Shown here: positions 53,816 to 64,000 of the stretch, one piece after another
How positions within the stretch are numbered: the stretch's first letter is position 1
How the letters are laid out: every line of letters starts with the position of its first letter
Translations under genes and position numbers: made by a program
Notes under the pieces: model-generated
What the model was told of the DNA's origin: nothing
Database searches by the model: none
What the model saw: only the letters and a program-made list of their open reading frames with translations
Assembly: GCA_021816845.1 (NCBI GenBank)
Contig: JAKAWT010000001.1
Location: 326,087-390,086, forward strand
Direction of reading: 5' to 3'
DNA from: a bacterium
GTDB taxonomy: Bacteria; Patescibacteriota; Dojkabacteria; JAKAPS01; JAJZLI01
Length of the DNA stretch: 64,000 nt

Positions 53816-54267
53816 TTATGCAAGATAGGGATATAAAGGTTTATACAATACCAAAATCAAAAGGTTTCGGCCCAAGAAAATTATACTCATCGTATGGAAT
53901 GGGCGGATGTTTTTCTTGTGTTATACTTTCCCTATTGATGTTGTTTATATTCATCCTAGGCATAATATCCTTAATACATATTTTGTTTAGTTTATAAAAA
54001 CTGTATAACATAGATATCTCACATTTTTTTGTATTTATTGTAATATATTCGTAAGATTTTTATCCTACTAGAGATAGTAGCTGTAATAGCTAAAATATCA
54101 GGCCAAAGCTATATCCTCTTTTGACTCTTGTATAGAAAATTGAGGTTTAAACTCATGGAAGATATATTGATATTGAATAATAGTTATTAATGAGTACTTG
54201 GATACAAAGGGTTTTTGCAATTTTTAAATTTTTACTGTAACATATGCAAGTTAGATATATAATAATC

Positions 54268-54372
54268 ATGAAAAGAAAAGCAGCAAGATTAATACTAAAA
54301 AAGAAAGCTAAGGAACAAAGAATTAGGATAAGAGAACAGAAAAAAGCTAGATTGTTGAAAGCTAAAGAATAA
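54268..54372 (+). CDS. Small highly basic protein (34 aa), absent from the ORF track
   Basis: MKRKAARLILKKKAKEQRIRIREQKKARLLKAKE*; TATAAT just upstream; stop abuts the convergent gene. Confidence 0.6.
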   Translation: MKRKAARLILKKKAKEQRIRIREQKKARLLKAKE

Positions 54373-54374
54373 TT

Positions 54375-55133
54375 TTAAAGAATACCCCACTTTAGAAGAT
54401 ATTGTAGATAACCTTTATATAGAAGGATCTTTCTTCTGACTCCTAATTTTTTTGTACTTTCTCCATATAGATGTAGTACTTTTGCTGTATTAAGATAATA
54501 TGTCTTTATATTATTTTTTTTCATTTTTCTAAAGAAGTCTACATCATTAAAATATAGGGGGAATCGTTCATCAAATAACCCATATTGTGCTATAACGGAG
54601 GATCTTATAAGTATACAAGTAGCTTGTGGTTGATCAACTTCTCTTGAGTCCCTATGATCCCAATTTTTAAGTTTATAATCATTAAAAAGAATATTATAAA
54701 AAGATGGGAATTTTCTACATGATTTTTGGATGGAGTGATCTTTATTTATAAGTTGAGGTGCTACAATTTGGTAATTTCTCTTTGGATTAAGATCCTTTGG
54801 ATCAAGATCCTTTGGGTCAAGACACTCATCAAGGAAATTTACTAATTTTTCTATTGCATGATCTATAATTTCTGTATCAGAGCCAAGTAGCATAATGTAT
54901 TCTCCTCTGGCTTTTTTAACCCCTTGATTCATCGCCTTTGCAAAATATATATTCTGATCATTTTTGATAAATTTTATATGTGGATCTTCTAGATAAGAAC
55001 TTTTTAAGTCTGAGTTGTTGTCAATTAGTATAATCTCATATAGGAAAGGTAGCCCTTTTATACTTTTTATTAGATTTAAAACTGTATCTTTTGTATTCCA
55101 GTTTACTATAATTATGGAGAGTTTTATCTTCAT
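54375..55133 (-). CDS. GT2 glycosyltransferase (WbbL-like)
   Basis: SIIIVNWN, IDNNS, FAKAMNQG, FDERFPLYFNDVD. Confidence 0.9.
   Translation of the reverse strand: MKIKLSIIIVNWNTKDTVLNLIKSIKGLPFLYEIILIDNNSDLKSSYLEDPHIKFIKNDQNIYFAKAMNQGVKKARGEYIMLLGSDTEIIDHAIEKLVNFLDECLDPKDLDPKDLNPKRNYQIVAPQLINKDHSIQKSCRKFPSFYNILFNDYKLKNWDHRDSREVDQPQATCILIRSSVIAQYGLFDERFPLYFNDVDFFRKMKKNNIKTYYLNTAKVLHLYGESTKKLGVRRKILLYKGYLQYLLKWGIL
54784..54828. repeat. 3 x 15-nt palindromic-core array in a GT2 gene
   Basis: ggattaagatccttt / ggatcaagatccttt / gggtcaagacactca; encodes LDPKDLDPKDLNPK. Confidence 0.92.
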
Positions 55134-55909
55134 TAGTTATATTTTTCTTTTATTTTCCTTAGGGATACCAAGTATTCAAATATATCAGAGAATCTAAGCT
55201 TTGAAACTCCGAATTTACGATCTCTAAATTTTATTGGTATTTCTTTGACTTTTCTATTTTTTTTGTAGAAAAAATATAGTATTTCAACCTGAAATAGATA
55301 TCCATTTGATCTGATATTTTTAATAAATTTTTTAGGAAGGATTTCCGATTTTATAAGCTTAAATCCTGATGTACAATCATGGTAAGGCATTCTTAACATA
55401 ATTTTTGTAAAAATATTTCCAAATTTTGAATTCATACGTCGGAGTAATCCCCATTCAGTCTCTATAGATCCTCCCTTAATGTACCTAGATCCAACAATGA
55501 TGTCATATTTATCCTTATATTTAATCAGTTCTAGGATATACTTTGGATCATGAGATAGGTCTGCATCCATTTGTATTATATATTTTGCTCCCATATTAAA
55601 TATTGCATACAAAAATCCTCTTTTATATGCATCTCCAAGACCTTTTTTTTGTCCTTTTATTAGGTATATTTTTTTATTCCTCTTCATTAAAGATTCTATA
55701 TATTCTCCTGTTTTATCAGGTGAATTATCATCAACAAAAAGGATTCTTATTCCTGGAGTAAACGTATATATTCTCTTTACTAAATTTGGGATATTTAACC
55801 TCTCATTATAAGTGGGAATGATTATTACTATATCTTTATAACTTTTAGAGCCAGCTTTCTTGGAGCCAACTCCATTAGGTTTAGACCCTTTGGATTTAGA
55901 ATTTTTCAT
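55133..55909 (-). CDS. Polyprenol-monophosphomannose synthase-like GT2
   Basis: IPTYNE, VDDNSPD-x-TG, GLG-x-AY, QMDADLSHDP, DCTSGF, GY-x-FQVE. Confidence 0.9.
   Translation of the reverse strand: MKNSKSKGSKPNGVGSKKAGSKSYKDIVIIIPTYNERLNIPNLVKRIYTFTPGIRILFVDDNSPDKTGEYIESLMKRNKKIYLIKGQKKGLGDAYKRGFLYAIFNMGAKYIIQMDADLSHDPKYILELIKYKDKYDIIVGSRYIKGGSIETEWGLLRRMNSKFGNIFTKIMLRMPYHDCTSGFKLIKSEILPKKFIKNIRSNGYLFQVEILYFFYKKNRKVKEIPIKFRDRKFGVSKLRFSDIFEYLVSLRKIKEKYN
55847..55906. repeat. 4 x 15-nt degenerate array forming an N-terminal extension
   Basis: agagccagctttctt / ggagccaactccatt / aggtttagacccttt / ggatttagaattttt; encodes KNSKSKGSKPNGVGSKKAGS. Confidence 0.65.
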
Positions 55910-55991
55910 ATGATGATTATATCAAAAAACATTAGGAAATTGCATTTTAATGTTATATATCTTAGTATATATAAAGTTAAATGTAATTATT

Positions 55992-57236
55992 ATGGATCCA
56001 AAAGACTTTTATATCCAAATTGAAAAGATTGTGAAAGGTGGCAAATTTCCTTTAACTGTTGAATCTGGGCAAGGAGCATATCTTAAGATTAACGGTGATA
56101 AAAAATTAAATTTTTGTTCAAATAATTATCTAGGATTTGCCTCAGATAAAGATATAAGGAAAGCAGCAATCGATGCTATTAATACTTATGGTGTAGGTAC
56201 TACGTCTGTAAGAACATTATCTGGAACAAATACACTACATCTAGAACTAGAAGATAAACTTGCAAATTTTAAAAAAGCAGAGGCTGCAATTGTTTTGACT
56301 GGTGGTTATATGGCTAACCTTTGCTCGGTACAGACAATTCTAGACAAGAGTGACATTGTAGTTTCAGATGAACTTAACCATGCCTCTATAATAGACGCAG
56401 TAAGACTATCACAAGTCCAAAATAAATTTGTTTATAAGCATAAAGATATGAAGGATTTGAAGTTAAAGTTAAAAGAAGCAGAAACTATTAAAAATGCAAA
56501 AAAGAAAAATAGTAAATATAGAGATAAACACTCTTCAGAAAAGCAAGCTCAAATGGAACAGGCCCCAAAAATTTTGATAATTACAGATGGGGTCTTCTCT
56601 ATGGATGGAGACTTAGCTCCATTACCAGAAATAGTTTTACTAGCTAAAGAATATGGAGCATTAGTCATGGTTGATGATGCACATGGAGAAGGAGTGATTG
56701 GAAAAAATGGGAGAGGAATAGTTGATCATTTTAATCTACATGGTCAGGTTGACATAGAAGTAGGAACATTATCTAAAGCTTTCGGAGTCATAGGAGGTTT
56801 TATAACTGGTAGGAAGGTACTTATAGATTTTTACAGACAAAAATCAAGACAATTTTTATTTTCAAATGGCTTATCTATACCCGATACAGCAGCCTTAATT
56901 AAGGCTGTAGATATACTTGAATCGTCAGATGAACGTGTAAAACAGTTATGGAGAAATGGGGATTACCTAAAACAGGAATTCAAGAAACTTGGATTTGATA
57001 TTGGTCATAGTGAAACTCCAATTACCCCGGTGATGCTTAATGATGAGGGTGTAGCCAAGACATTTAGTAGTAAGCTTCTTGATTATGGAGTTTTTGCTAC
57101 ACCAATTTTATTTCCAATGGTAGCAAAAGGAAAAGCTCGTATAAGAGTTATGCCTTCAGCTATACATACAAAAGAAGATTTAGATTTTGGTATAGAACAA
57201 TTCTTAAAAGTAAAAAAAGAAATTTTTAAACTTTAA
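55992..57236 (+). CDS. kbl: Glycine C-acetyltransferase / AONS-family PLP enzyme
   Basis: [45 protein letters not shown]; ATG 55992 preferred. Confidence 0.85.
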   Translation: MDPKDFYIQIEKIVKGGKFPLTVESGQGAYLKINGDKKLNFCSNNYLGFASDKDIRKAAIDAINTYGVGTTSVRTLSGTNTLHLELEDKLANFKKAEAAIVLTGGYMANLCSVQTILDKSDIVVSDELNHASIIDAVRLSQVQNKFVYKHKDMKDLKLKLKEAETIKNAKKKNSKYRDKHSSEKQAQMEQAPKILIITDGVFSMDGDLAPLPEIVLLAKEYGALVMVDDAHGEGVIGKNGRGIVDHFNLHGQVDIEVGTLSKAFGVIGGFITGRKVLIDFYRQKSRQFLFSNGLSIPDTAALIKAVDILESSDERVKQLWRNGDYLKQEFKKLGFDIGHSETPITPVMLNDEGVAKTFSSKLLDYGVFATPILFPMVAKGKARIRVMPSAIHTKEDLDFGIEQFLKVKKEIFKL

Positions 57237-57360
57237 TTGATTGAATTTTAATATATAAAATAATTCAATTATGGTATGGGGTATGGATTTACAAGATTAC
57301 TCAACTAGTTTGATTATTCCTGATTATAGATTTAAAATTGTTAATAATATATAATAATTA

Positions 57361-57458
57361 CTAATCAAGAGTGATGGGGAGAGAATTGGCTCAATAATCC
57401 ATCCAGCAACCGAAAAGAAATTTCACGGTGCTACATCCAACCATGAGGAGAGATTTGA
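57361..57458 (+). ncRNA. SAM-I family (SAM-I/IV-like) riboswitch
   Basis: ATCAAGAG...GAGAGAATTGGCTC...CAGCAACC...GGTGCTACATCC...AGAT signature directly upstream of metK. Confidence 0.9.
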
Positions 57459-57493
57459 TCTAATGATTTTAGATAAACTTATTGTATAAGATT

Positions 57494-57545
57494 AATCTCT
57501 CTTGAATCCAGATTTGTAAATTTGGATTTACATGGGAGATTTTTT
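57494..57545 (+). terminator. Riboswitch expression-platform terminator
   Basis: aatctctc...gggagatt plus T run; the 5' arm can alternatively pair with gagagatt at the aptamer 3' end (antiterminator). Confidence 0.75.
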
Positions 57546-57563
57546 ATTTTATACAAACAAATT

Positions 57564-58679
57564 ATGGATAATACTTCTTTTAGCAGATCCTTATTTACAT
57601 CTGAATCAGTATGCTCTGGACATCCGGATAAAATTTGTGATCAGATTTCTGATGCTATTTTGGATCAAGCATTATTAAATGATTCCAAGTCTCATATTGC
57701 CATTGAAACTATGGTAACAAAAAATAAAGTAATAATAGTAGGTGAGGTAAGTACAAATGCAAAAATTGATTATGAAGGCGTTGCAAGATCAATGATTAGG
57801 CGATTAGGGTATAGAGACAATCCTTATTTTTCAGATAAATCTGATATAGAAGTCTATATATCTGAACAATCTTTAGAAATTAAAAAAGGGGTAAAGAATA
57901 ATGGAGCGGGAGATCAAGGTATGATGTTTGGTTATGCCTGTAATGAGACAAAAGAGTATATGCCACTCCCGATTATGATTGCTCACAATCTTGCAGAAAG
58001 TATTGATGAAGCAAGAGGGGATAATAAGCTCTCATACCTATATCCAGATGGAAAAACTCAGGTTAGTGTTGAATATAGAAATGGAAAACCATATAAAATT
58101 AATAATGTTGTAATAGCAGTTCCTCATAATAGTGATATACATATATCTAAGGTCAAATATGATATCTACAATTTTATAATAAGAGAAGTTTTAGATAAGT
58201 ATGGGTTTTTTGTGGATAAAGATAGGGTCATTTTAAATGGTACTGGGGTGTGGCATAAAGGAGGACCATCTTCTGATGCTGGTCTTACAGGTAGAAAAAT
58301 TATTGTTGATACATATGGGGGATACGCACGAGTTGGAGGAGGGTGTTTTAGTGGCAAAGACCCTACAAAGGTAGATAGATCAGGTGCATACGCTGCTCGT
58401 TTTATAGCAAAAAATATAGTGGCAAATGGATTAGCAGATAAAGCAGAGGTGAGACTTGCATATGTAATAGGTAAATCTCAACCCTTAATGAAGGAAGTGG
58501 AAACTTTTGGAACATCAAAGAAAAGTGATAAAGTGATTAGGGATTATGTGGATTCTGTGTTGGATACATCTGTCTTAGGTATTATTCGGAATTTAGATTT
58601 ACAAAGACCTATATATCTTAAAACAGCTTCATATGGACATTTTGGAAGGAACGGATTTCCCTGGGAGAAAATTGTATAA
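57564..58679 (+). CDS. metK: S-adenosylmethionine synthetase
   Basis: FTSESV-x-x-GHPDK, GAGDQG, PDGKTQV, GLTGRKIIVDTYGG, GKDPTKVDRS. Confidence 0.98.
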   Translation: MDNTSFSRSLFTSESVCSGHPDKICDQISDAILDQALLNDSKSHIAIETMVTKNKVIIVGEVSTNAKIDYEGVARSMIRRLGYRDNPYFSDKSDIEVYISEQSLEIKKGVKNNGAGDQGMMFGYACNETKEYMPLPIMIAHNLAESIDEARGDNKLSYLYPDGKTQVSVEYRNGKPYKINNVVIAVPHNSDIHISKVKYDIYNFIIREVLDKYGFFVDKDRVILNGTGVWHKGGPSSDAGLTGRKIIVDTYGGYARVGGGCFSGKDPTKVDRSGAYAARFIAKNIVANGLADKAEVRLAYVIGKSQPLMKEVETFGTSKKSDKVIRDYVDSVLDTSVLGIIRNLDLQRPIYLKTASYGHFGRNGFPWEKIV

Positions 58680-58767
58680 AATTTATAATTCTGCTATTTT
58701 TAAATAGTATATTTTAATGCTATACTTTGGCCATAATTATTAGAAATTTTTTAAATATTTAGATTTA

Positions 58768-60579
58768 ATGGCTTTACCTTCTATACTAAAAATTGGGAAA
58801 AACAGTCAATCTATGCTGTCTATGAAGCAAAATACCATTGTAACTGCTGCAGTAGTTATAATGAGTGCTACCTTGATTGCAAAAATGTTGGGACTTTTTA
58901 AGCTAACACTTCTTGCTAATCTTTTCGGATTATCAAGACAACTAGATATTTTTTATGCAGCAGATTCAATTCCTCAGATATTTTTTAATATCCTTGTCAT
59001 AGGGACATTTAATACAGCTTTAATTCCTATAATAGGTGGAATGATAGCTAAAAATGATAAGAAAGAATTATGGTCTATATTTAATTCTTTTTTAAATATA
59101 TTCGCACTCATACTTCTTACGGTTGGAGTATTAGGTATAATATTCTCAAGTGAGGTCGCTCACTTCTTTATATCTCTTTCATCTACATATAGAGCATCAC
59201 AAATTCCTAATTTACAACCTCAAGATGTTCAGGAGTTATCATCCATGATGAAGATACTATTTATCTCTCCAATTATTTTAGGTATTAGTTTCATGTTTTC
59301 AGCCTTATTACAGGTTTATAAACGTTTTTTAGTAACACAAATTGCAGTAATATTGTATAACATAGGTTTTATAATAGGGATTATATTCTTCACTCCATTT
59401 TTAGGAATATATGGTCTTGCATGGGGAATAGTTCTTGGTAGTATTTTTCATCTTTTAGTTCAATTTCCAGTTGCAAAGTATCTTGGATTTTCATATAAGC
59501 ATGTAATATCAAATTGGAAGGACAAATACATGAGAGAAATATTCACTCTTTCACTGCCAAGGATTATAGGAGTATCTATATCTCAAGTTGCATATTTTGT
59601 AGAATCCTTTATTGCTTTTGCACTTGTTCCAGGGTCTTTGACGGCATTTAATTGGGCAACAAGTCTATATCTTTTCCCAGTTGCTATAGTAGGGTGGAGT
59701 TTTGCTCAGGCTTCTTTCCCAACTTTAACTGAGGAAGCACATTTAAATGGTTATTTTGCTTTTAGAAAGACACTATCTAAAACAATTCAACAAACTTTAT
59801 TTATAATAGTGCCATTATTTATAATATTCCTAGTTTTGAGACTCCCTATTGTAAGACTTATACTTGGTCCAGGATCAAATAGTCAGTTTGGGTGGAATGA
59901 TACGGTACTTACTGCATGGATATTACTGTTTTTATCATTATCAATTGTAGGTCAAGCTTTACTGGCTATATTAATTAGAGCTTTTTACTCACTAAAGGAT
60001 ACTAAAACTCCTGTTATAGTAGAATCAATAATGTTTGTGTTTAATATACTTTTAGCTTTATACCTTGTTAGAGTTTTTGGGAATTTTCCTGTTATATCCC
60101 CAACTGTTGGCAATCTTCTAAATATAGGTAACTATATTCATTTTACAAGTCATTTCACGTGGAAAGCAGTAGGGGGATTAGGTCTTGCTAGTGGTATTGC
60201 AGTAACTTTGAATGTCATAATACTTATCTTCATTATGAACAAACGTATCAAAGGTTTTTCTTTTGAAGATTTTTATTCACCTCTTCTAAAAAAAATTATA
60301 GAAGGTATTTCTATGGCATTGGTTATGTACTTTATTTATAAGATATTAGATTTTTTGCTTAATACAACAAAGACTGTAAATATAATATTTTTGTTTCTAA
60401 TTACTACATATGTAGGAGTAACGGTATACCTTGTGGTAGCATTTCTTCTAAATGATGCAGAATTGGACCTCATATCAAAAAGTATTTTTTCAATAAGGGA
60501 TTTGGTGTACAGAAAAGGTAAAGTAAAAACAGTATCTACTGTTCCTGATAGTATATCTCCAGAAGAACAAGAACCATGA
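58768..60579 (+). CDS. murJ: Lipid II flippase MurJ/MviN
   Basis: LDIFYAA-x-x-IP, ALIP, LPR, FPTL, RAFYSLKDTKTP. Confidence 0.92.
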   Translation: MALPSILKIGKNSQSMLSMKQNTIVTAAVVIMSATLIAKMLGLFKLTLLANLFGLSRQLDIFYAADSIPQIFFNILVIGTFNTALIPIIGGMIAKNDKKELWSIFNSFLNIFALILLTVGVLGIIFSSEVAHFFISLSSTYRASQIPNLQPQDVQELSSMMKILFISPIILGISFMFSALLQVYKRFLVTQIAVILYNIGFIIGIIFFTPFLGIYGLAWGIVLGSIFHLLVQFPVAKYLGFSYKHVISNWKDKYMREIFTLSLPRIIGVSISQVAYFVESFIAFALVPGSLTAFNWATSLYLFPVAIVGWSFAQASFPTLTEEAHLNGYFAFRKTLSKTIQQTLFIIVPLFIIFLVLRLPIVRLILGPGSNSQFGWNDTVLTAWILLFLSLSIVGQALLAILIRAFYSLKDTKTPVIVESIMFVFNILLALYLVRVFGNFPVISPTVGNLLNIGNYIHFTSHFTWKAVGGLGLASGIAVTLNVIILIFIMNKRIKGFSFEDFYSPLLKKIIEGISMALVMYFIYKILDFLLNTTKTVNIIFLFLITTYVGVTVYLVVAFLLNDAELDLISKSIFSIRDLVYRKGKVKTVSTVPDSISPEEQEP

Positions 60580-61634
60580 ATTTAAATAATAAAGATGAAA
60601 TAAATAAACTTGATAAATCTAATGTTTTAGAGTCTGTTTTAAATATTCCAAACCAAATAAAACAGGCATATAACGAGACTAAAGATTTAAAATTTTCATA
60701 TACAAATATTAATGCAGTCCTAGTTTGTGGTATGGGGGGATCATCGTTAGGGGCTCATTTTGTAGGAAGTTTATTTGAAGATAAAATCAAAGTTCCATAT
60801 ACAATTTTGAATGGTTATAAGTTACCAAAATTTGTTAATAATAAAACCCTAGTAATACTGTCTTCAAATTCAGGTAATACTGAAGAGACAATATCATGTA
60901 TGAATGAAGCTTTAAAGAGGACTGATAAAATAGTGGCTATAACTACAGGAGGGAAGATAAAGGAGGAAGTACTTAAAGGGAATATATCTGGATATGTTTT
61001 TGAACAAACCTTTAATGTTGCACGTCAACCAAGACTGGCAACTTCATACACAATTATAGGAATAATGGCAACTTTAAAGAAACTTAAACTTCTAGATTAT
61101 GATGATAAGAATATAGAGGATGTTATAATATTTTTAGAGAATAAAAATTCCTTATATAATGTCAATGTAGAGGATCATTTTAATCCTGCTAAAGAATATG
61201 CATATAGGATTTTTGAAAAAATTCCTCTTATTGTCGGATCAGAATGGAGTGTGGGTGTTAGTCACATATTCTCTAATCAATTGAATGAAACTTCAAAAAA
61301 TCTAGCAACATATTTTTCAATACCAGAGTTGAATCATCATCTTCTAGAAGGGTTAATGCATCCTTCTATTGTACAGTCAGATATGATATTTGTATTCATT
61401 GAATCTTCCCTATATTTAAAAAGAGACAATTTAAGAATTAATATAACAAAAGAAATTCTTGATCAAAAGAAAATAGAATCTATGGATATTGTCTTATCTG
61501 GATTAGATAAAATCACACAGGCATTTGAGATGCTACAACTTTCATCCTTTATAACATTCTATCTTGCTATGCTCTATAAGCAAGATCCTTGTCCTATAGA
61601 TACTGTAGATTTTTTTAAAAAAAGACTCTCATAG
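60576..61634 (+). CDS. Bifunctional phosphoglucose/phosphomannose isomerase (SIS)
   Basis: GMGGS, SNSGNTEET, QPR, NETSK, PELNHH. Confidence 0.92.
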   Translation: MNLNNKDEINKLDKSNVLESVLNIPNQIKQAYNETKDLKFSYTNINAVLVCGMGGSSLGAHFVGSLFEDKIKVPYTILNGYKLPKFVNNKTLVILSSNSGNTEETISCMNEALKRTDKIVAITTGGKIKEEVLKGNISGYVFEQTFNVARQPRLATSYTIIGIMATLKKLKLLDYDDKNIEDVIIFLENKNSLYNVNVEDHFNPAKEYAYRIFEKIPLIVGSEWSVGVSHIFSNQLNETSKNLATYFSIPELNHHLLEGLMHPSIVQSDMIFVFIESSLYLKRDNLRINITKEILDQKKIESMDIVLSGLDKITQAFEMLQLSSFITFYLAMLYKQDPCPIDTVDFFKKRLS

Positions 61635-61668
61635 ATAAAATTTTTATAAAATCAAGTTTTTTCAAATA

Positions 61669-61698
61669 TTGACAGATGGCGTTCTTTTCTGCTAATAT
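61669..61698 (+). promoter_or_regulatory. Sigma70-type promoter of groESL
   Basis: TTGACA, 18 nt, TAATAT with extended TG. Confidence 0.6.
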
Positions 61699-61765
61699 GC
61701 AAATGCTTAGAATATGGACGTATAAGTCTAGATAAATCCGAATTATTTTAGTACTTTATAAATTT

Positions 61766-62077
61766 ATGAAAGACTCTAAAACAAAATTAAAAATAAAACC
61801 GTTAGGTAATAATGTAGTTGTAGAACCAATTAAAGATGACAAGGTAACAAAATCTGGAATTGTTATACCTGAGACTTTATCTGAAGAAACTCCTCAAAAA
61901 GGAGTTATAGTCTCATTAGGAGAAGGAAGATTATTGAAAGATGGTAAAAGGTATACTTTCAGTGTGAAAGTTGGAGATAGAGTTGTTTTTAAAAAATATG
62001 CTCCAACAGAGTTTGAAATAGATGATACAAAATATCTTATTATAGAAGAAAAGGATATTTTAGGTGTTTTAGATTAA
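61766..62077 (+). CDS. groES: Co-chaperonin GroES
   Basis: IKPLG, TKSGIVIP, VKVGDRV, EKDILG. Confidence 0.97.
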   Translation: MKDSKTKLKIKPLGNNVVVEPIKDDKVTKSGIVIPETLSEETPQKGVIVSLGEGRLLKDGKRYTFSVKVGDRVVFKKYAPTEFEIDDTKYLIIEEKDILGVLD

Positions 62078-62153
62078 AATTTTTGGATCTGATACCTTAG
62101 ATTTAATGTCTTTGGGTTGGATCTCTTGAATAATATTTTAGTAATATATAAAT

Positions 62154-63782
62154 ATGGCAAAAAAAGTAATATTAAACGAAGAGGCAAGAATAGCAATGAA
62201 AAGAGGAATTGATATACTTGCTGACTCTGTAAAAATAACATTAGGTCCAAAAGGAAGATTAGTTGCAATTGGTAAGAGTTATGGTTCTCCACAGGTAACT
62301 AAAGATGGTGTTACTGTAGCAAAAGAAATTGAACTTGAAGATGCTACTGAAAATGCGGGTGCAGCATTAATAAAAGAGGCTGCTGTAAAAACTGCTGATC
62401 TGGCTGGAGATGGGACTACTACTGCTACAATTCTAGCTCAGGCAATTATAAATGAGGGAACTAAAAATGTTGTAGCTGGAGCAAATCCTATGTCATTAAA
62501 AAGGGGTATTGAAAAAGGTGTTAAGCAAGTTATTGAAAATTTAAAAAAACAATCGAAAGCAATTTCAAATACAAAAGAAGGGTATTCTCAAGTTGCAACG
62601 ATATCAGCAAATAATGATATTGAAATAGGTAATCTTATTGCTGATGCAATGATAGAGGTTGGTAAAGATGGAGTTATTACAGTAGAGGATAGCCAAACAA
62701 TGAGTAATGGTATAGAGCGTGTCGAAGGTATGAATTTCGATAGAGGATATATCTCTCCATATTTTATTACAGATCAAGAAAGACAGGAAGTTGTTTTAGA
62801 AGATCCATATATACTTATTGCTGATTTGAAAGTTTCAGCAATAAAAGATCTTCTTCCTATAATAGAGAAAGTTGTAGCATCAGGTAAAAAAGAGATGTTG
62901 CTTATAGTAGAAGACCTTGATGGAGAAGCTTTAGCTACATTAATAGTTAATAAGTTGAGAGGTGTATTTAATATCGCAGCTGTCAAAGCCCCAGGTTTTG
63001 GAGATAGAAAGAAAGAGATACTTGAAGATATAGCTATTTTAACTGGGGGTAATGTTATCTCAGAAGAACTTGGAAGAAAGCTAGAGACATGTGAAATTGA
63101 AGACTTAGGTAAGGCTAGAAGAGTAACGATTAAAAAGGATGATACTACAATAGTAGATGGTGCTGGAGATGCTCCAGAACTTCGTGCAAGAGTTGATATG
63201 ATAAGAAAACAGATAAATGATGCAACTTCAGATTATGATAAAGAAAAATTACAAGAGAGAGTTGCAAAATTACAAGGAGGAGTAGCAGTACTAAAGGTAG
63301 GAGCTGCAACGGAAATAGAATTAAAGGAGAAAAAAGATAGGATAGAAGATGCTCTATCTGCAACTAGGGCTGCAGTAGAGGAAGGTATAGTTGCTGGAGG
63401 TGGTTTGGCTTTGTTTAACGCATCTAAAGTTTTAGATTCAATGAAATTTGAAGATGAGGATGAAAAGACTGGAGCTTTAATACTAAAAAGGGCATTAGCA
63501 TATCCAAGTAAACAGATTGCTATTAATTCAGGAGTTGAAGGAGAGGTAGTCGTAAGTCAAATAGGTGGAGAGAAAGGGTATAATGCAGCAACAGGAGAGT
63601 ATGTAAATATGATAGCTGCTGGTATTATAGACCCTGTTAAAGTATCTAGATTAGCTGTAGAGAATGCTGCATCAGTAGCAGGAATGTATCTTACAATAAA
63701 CGCAGTTGTTGTTGATTTACCAGAGAAAGAAGATAAAGGTTCTATGGGTGGAGGAATGGACGGTATGGGTGGTATGATGTAA
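62154..63782 (+). CDS. groEL: Chaperonin GroEL
   Basis: [36 protein letters not shown] tail. Confidence 0.99.
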   Translation: MAKKVILNEEARIAMKRGIDILADSVKITLGPKGRLVAIGKSYGSPQVTKDGVTVAKEIELEDATENAGAALIKEAAVKTADLAGDGTTTATILAQAIINEGTKNVVAGANPMSLKRGIEKGVKQVIENLKKQSKAISNTKEGYSQVATISANNDIEIGNLIADAMIEVGKDGVITVEDSQTMSNGIERVEGMNFDRGYISPYFITDQERQEVVLEDPYILIADLKVSAIKDLLPIIEKVVASGKKEMLLIVEDLDGEALATLIVNKLRGVFNIAAVKAPGFGDRKKEILEDIAILTGGNVISEELGRKLETCEIEDLGKARRVTIKKDDTTIVDGAGDAPELRARVDMIRKQINDATSDYDKEKLQERVAKLQGGVAVLKVGAATEIELKEKKDRIEDALSATRAAVEEGIVAGGGLALFNASKVLDSMKFEDEDEKTGALILKRALAYPSKQIAINSGVEGEVVVSQIGGEKGYNAATGEYVNMIAAGIIDPVKVSRLAVENAASVAGMYLTINAVVVDLPEKEDKGSMGGGMDGMGGMM

Positions 63783-63804
63783 TTACAAAATAAACCAAAA
63801 ATTG

Positions 63805-63832
63805 AAGGGGCCTATTAGAGGCTCCTTTTTTT
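63805..63832 (+). terminator. Intrinsic terminator of groESL
   Basis: aaggggcct-attag-aggctcctt followed by a T run. Confidence 0.85.
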
Positions 63833-64000
63833 ATTTTGAGTATTACAAAATTTATTTAGTTATATTACAATATTGCATATATCTAATATAAGTTGCTCTT
63901 AATAAATGATGTTCCATGGTAAAACAATATATGTTGAGTAATGAATTAAATGATATTTTCAGATTAAATATTTATAATCTATATAGAGCATATAATAATG

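Noticed and set aside
53816-54240. Possible gene remnant on the minus strand (...EKHPPIPYDEYNFLGPKPFDFG)
   Set aside because: Interrupted by stops, no recognisable family; cannot be supported.
60151-60166. parS-like CATTTCACGTGGAAAG in murJ
   Set aside because: The outer conserved TG/CA bases are missing; explained by codons for HFTWK.
61740-61766. Possible CIRCE operator before groES
   Set aside because: Only a partial left arm (ttagtact) and no GAGTGCTAA right arm.

Overview
AT-rich bacterial chromosome segment with standard genetic code. A shortened ValRS, many leaderless-looking genes and a large set of glycosyltransferases point to a Patescibacteria/CPR-type organism (inference). Housekeeping genes: rplY, valS, uppP, uppS, kbl, metK with an upstream SAM-I-family riboswitch, murJ, PGI/PMI, groES-groEL. 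Also present: a large surface-glycan region (wzm/wzt, many GT2/GT4, two GT-C-type membrane proteins, glf, rmlA), a decayed doc/AbrB toxin-antitoxin pair, a coupling-ATPase plus Replic_Relax pair, and a block of secreted hydrolases (two C39-like peptidases, a subtilisin and a GH18, the last two sharing a GYYIL-x-x-DGGVYTFG repeat module). The most striking unexplained signal is a dispersed family of mini tandem arrays built from a 12-bp interrupted palindrome (consensus GGATC-NN-GATCC, central C-NN-G, with compensatory variants). The period is 14 or 15 nt between genes but 15 nt inside genes, where the arrays insert pentapeptide repeats into unrelated proteins including ValRS. No rRNA, tRNA, CRISPR array or transposase was recognised.
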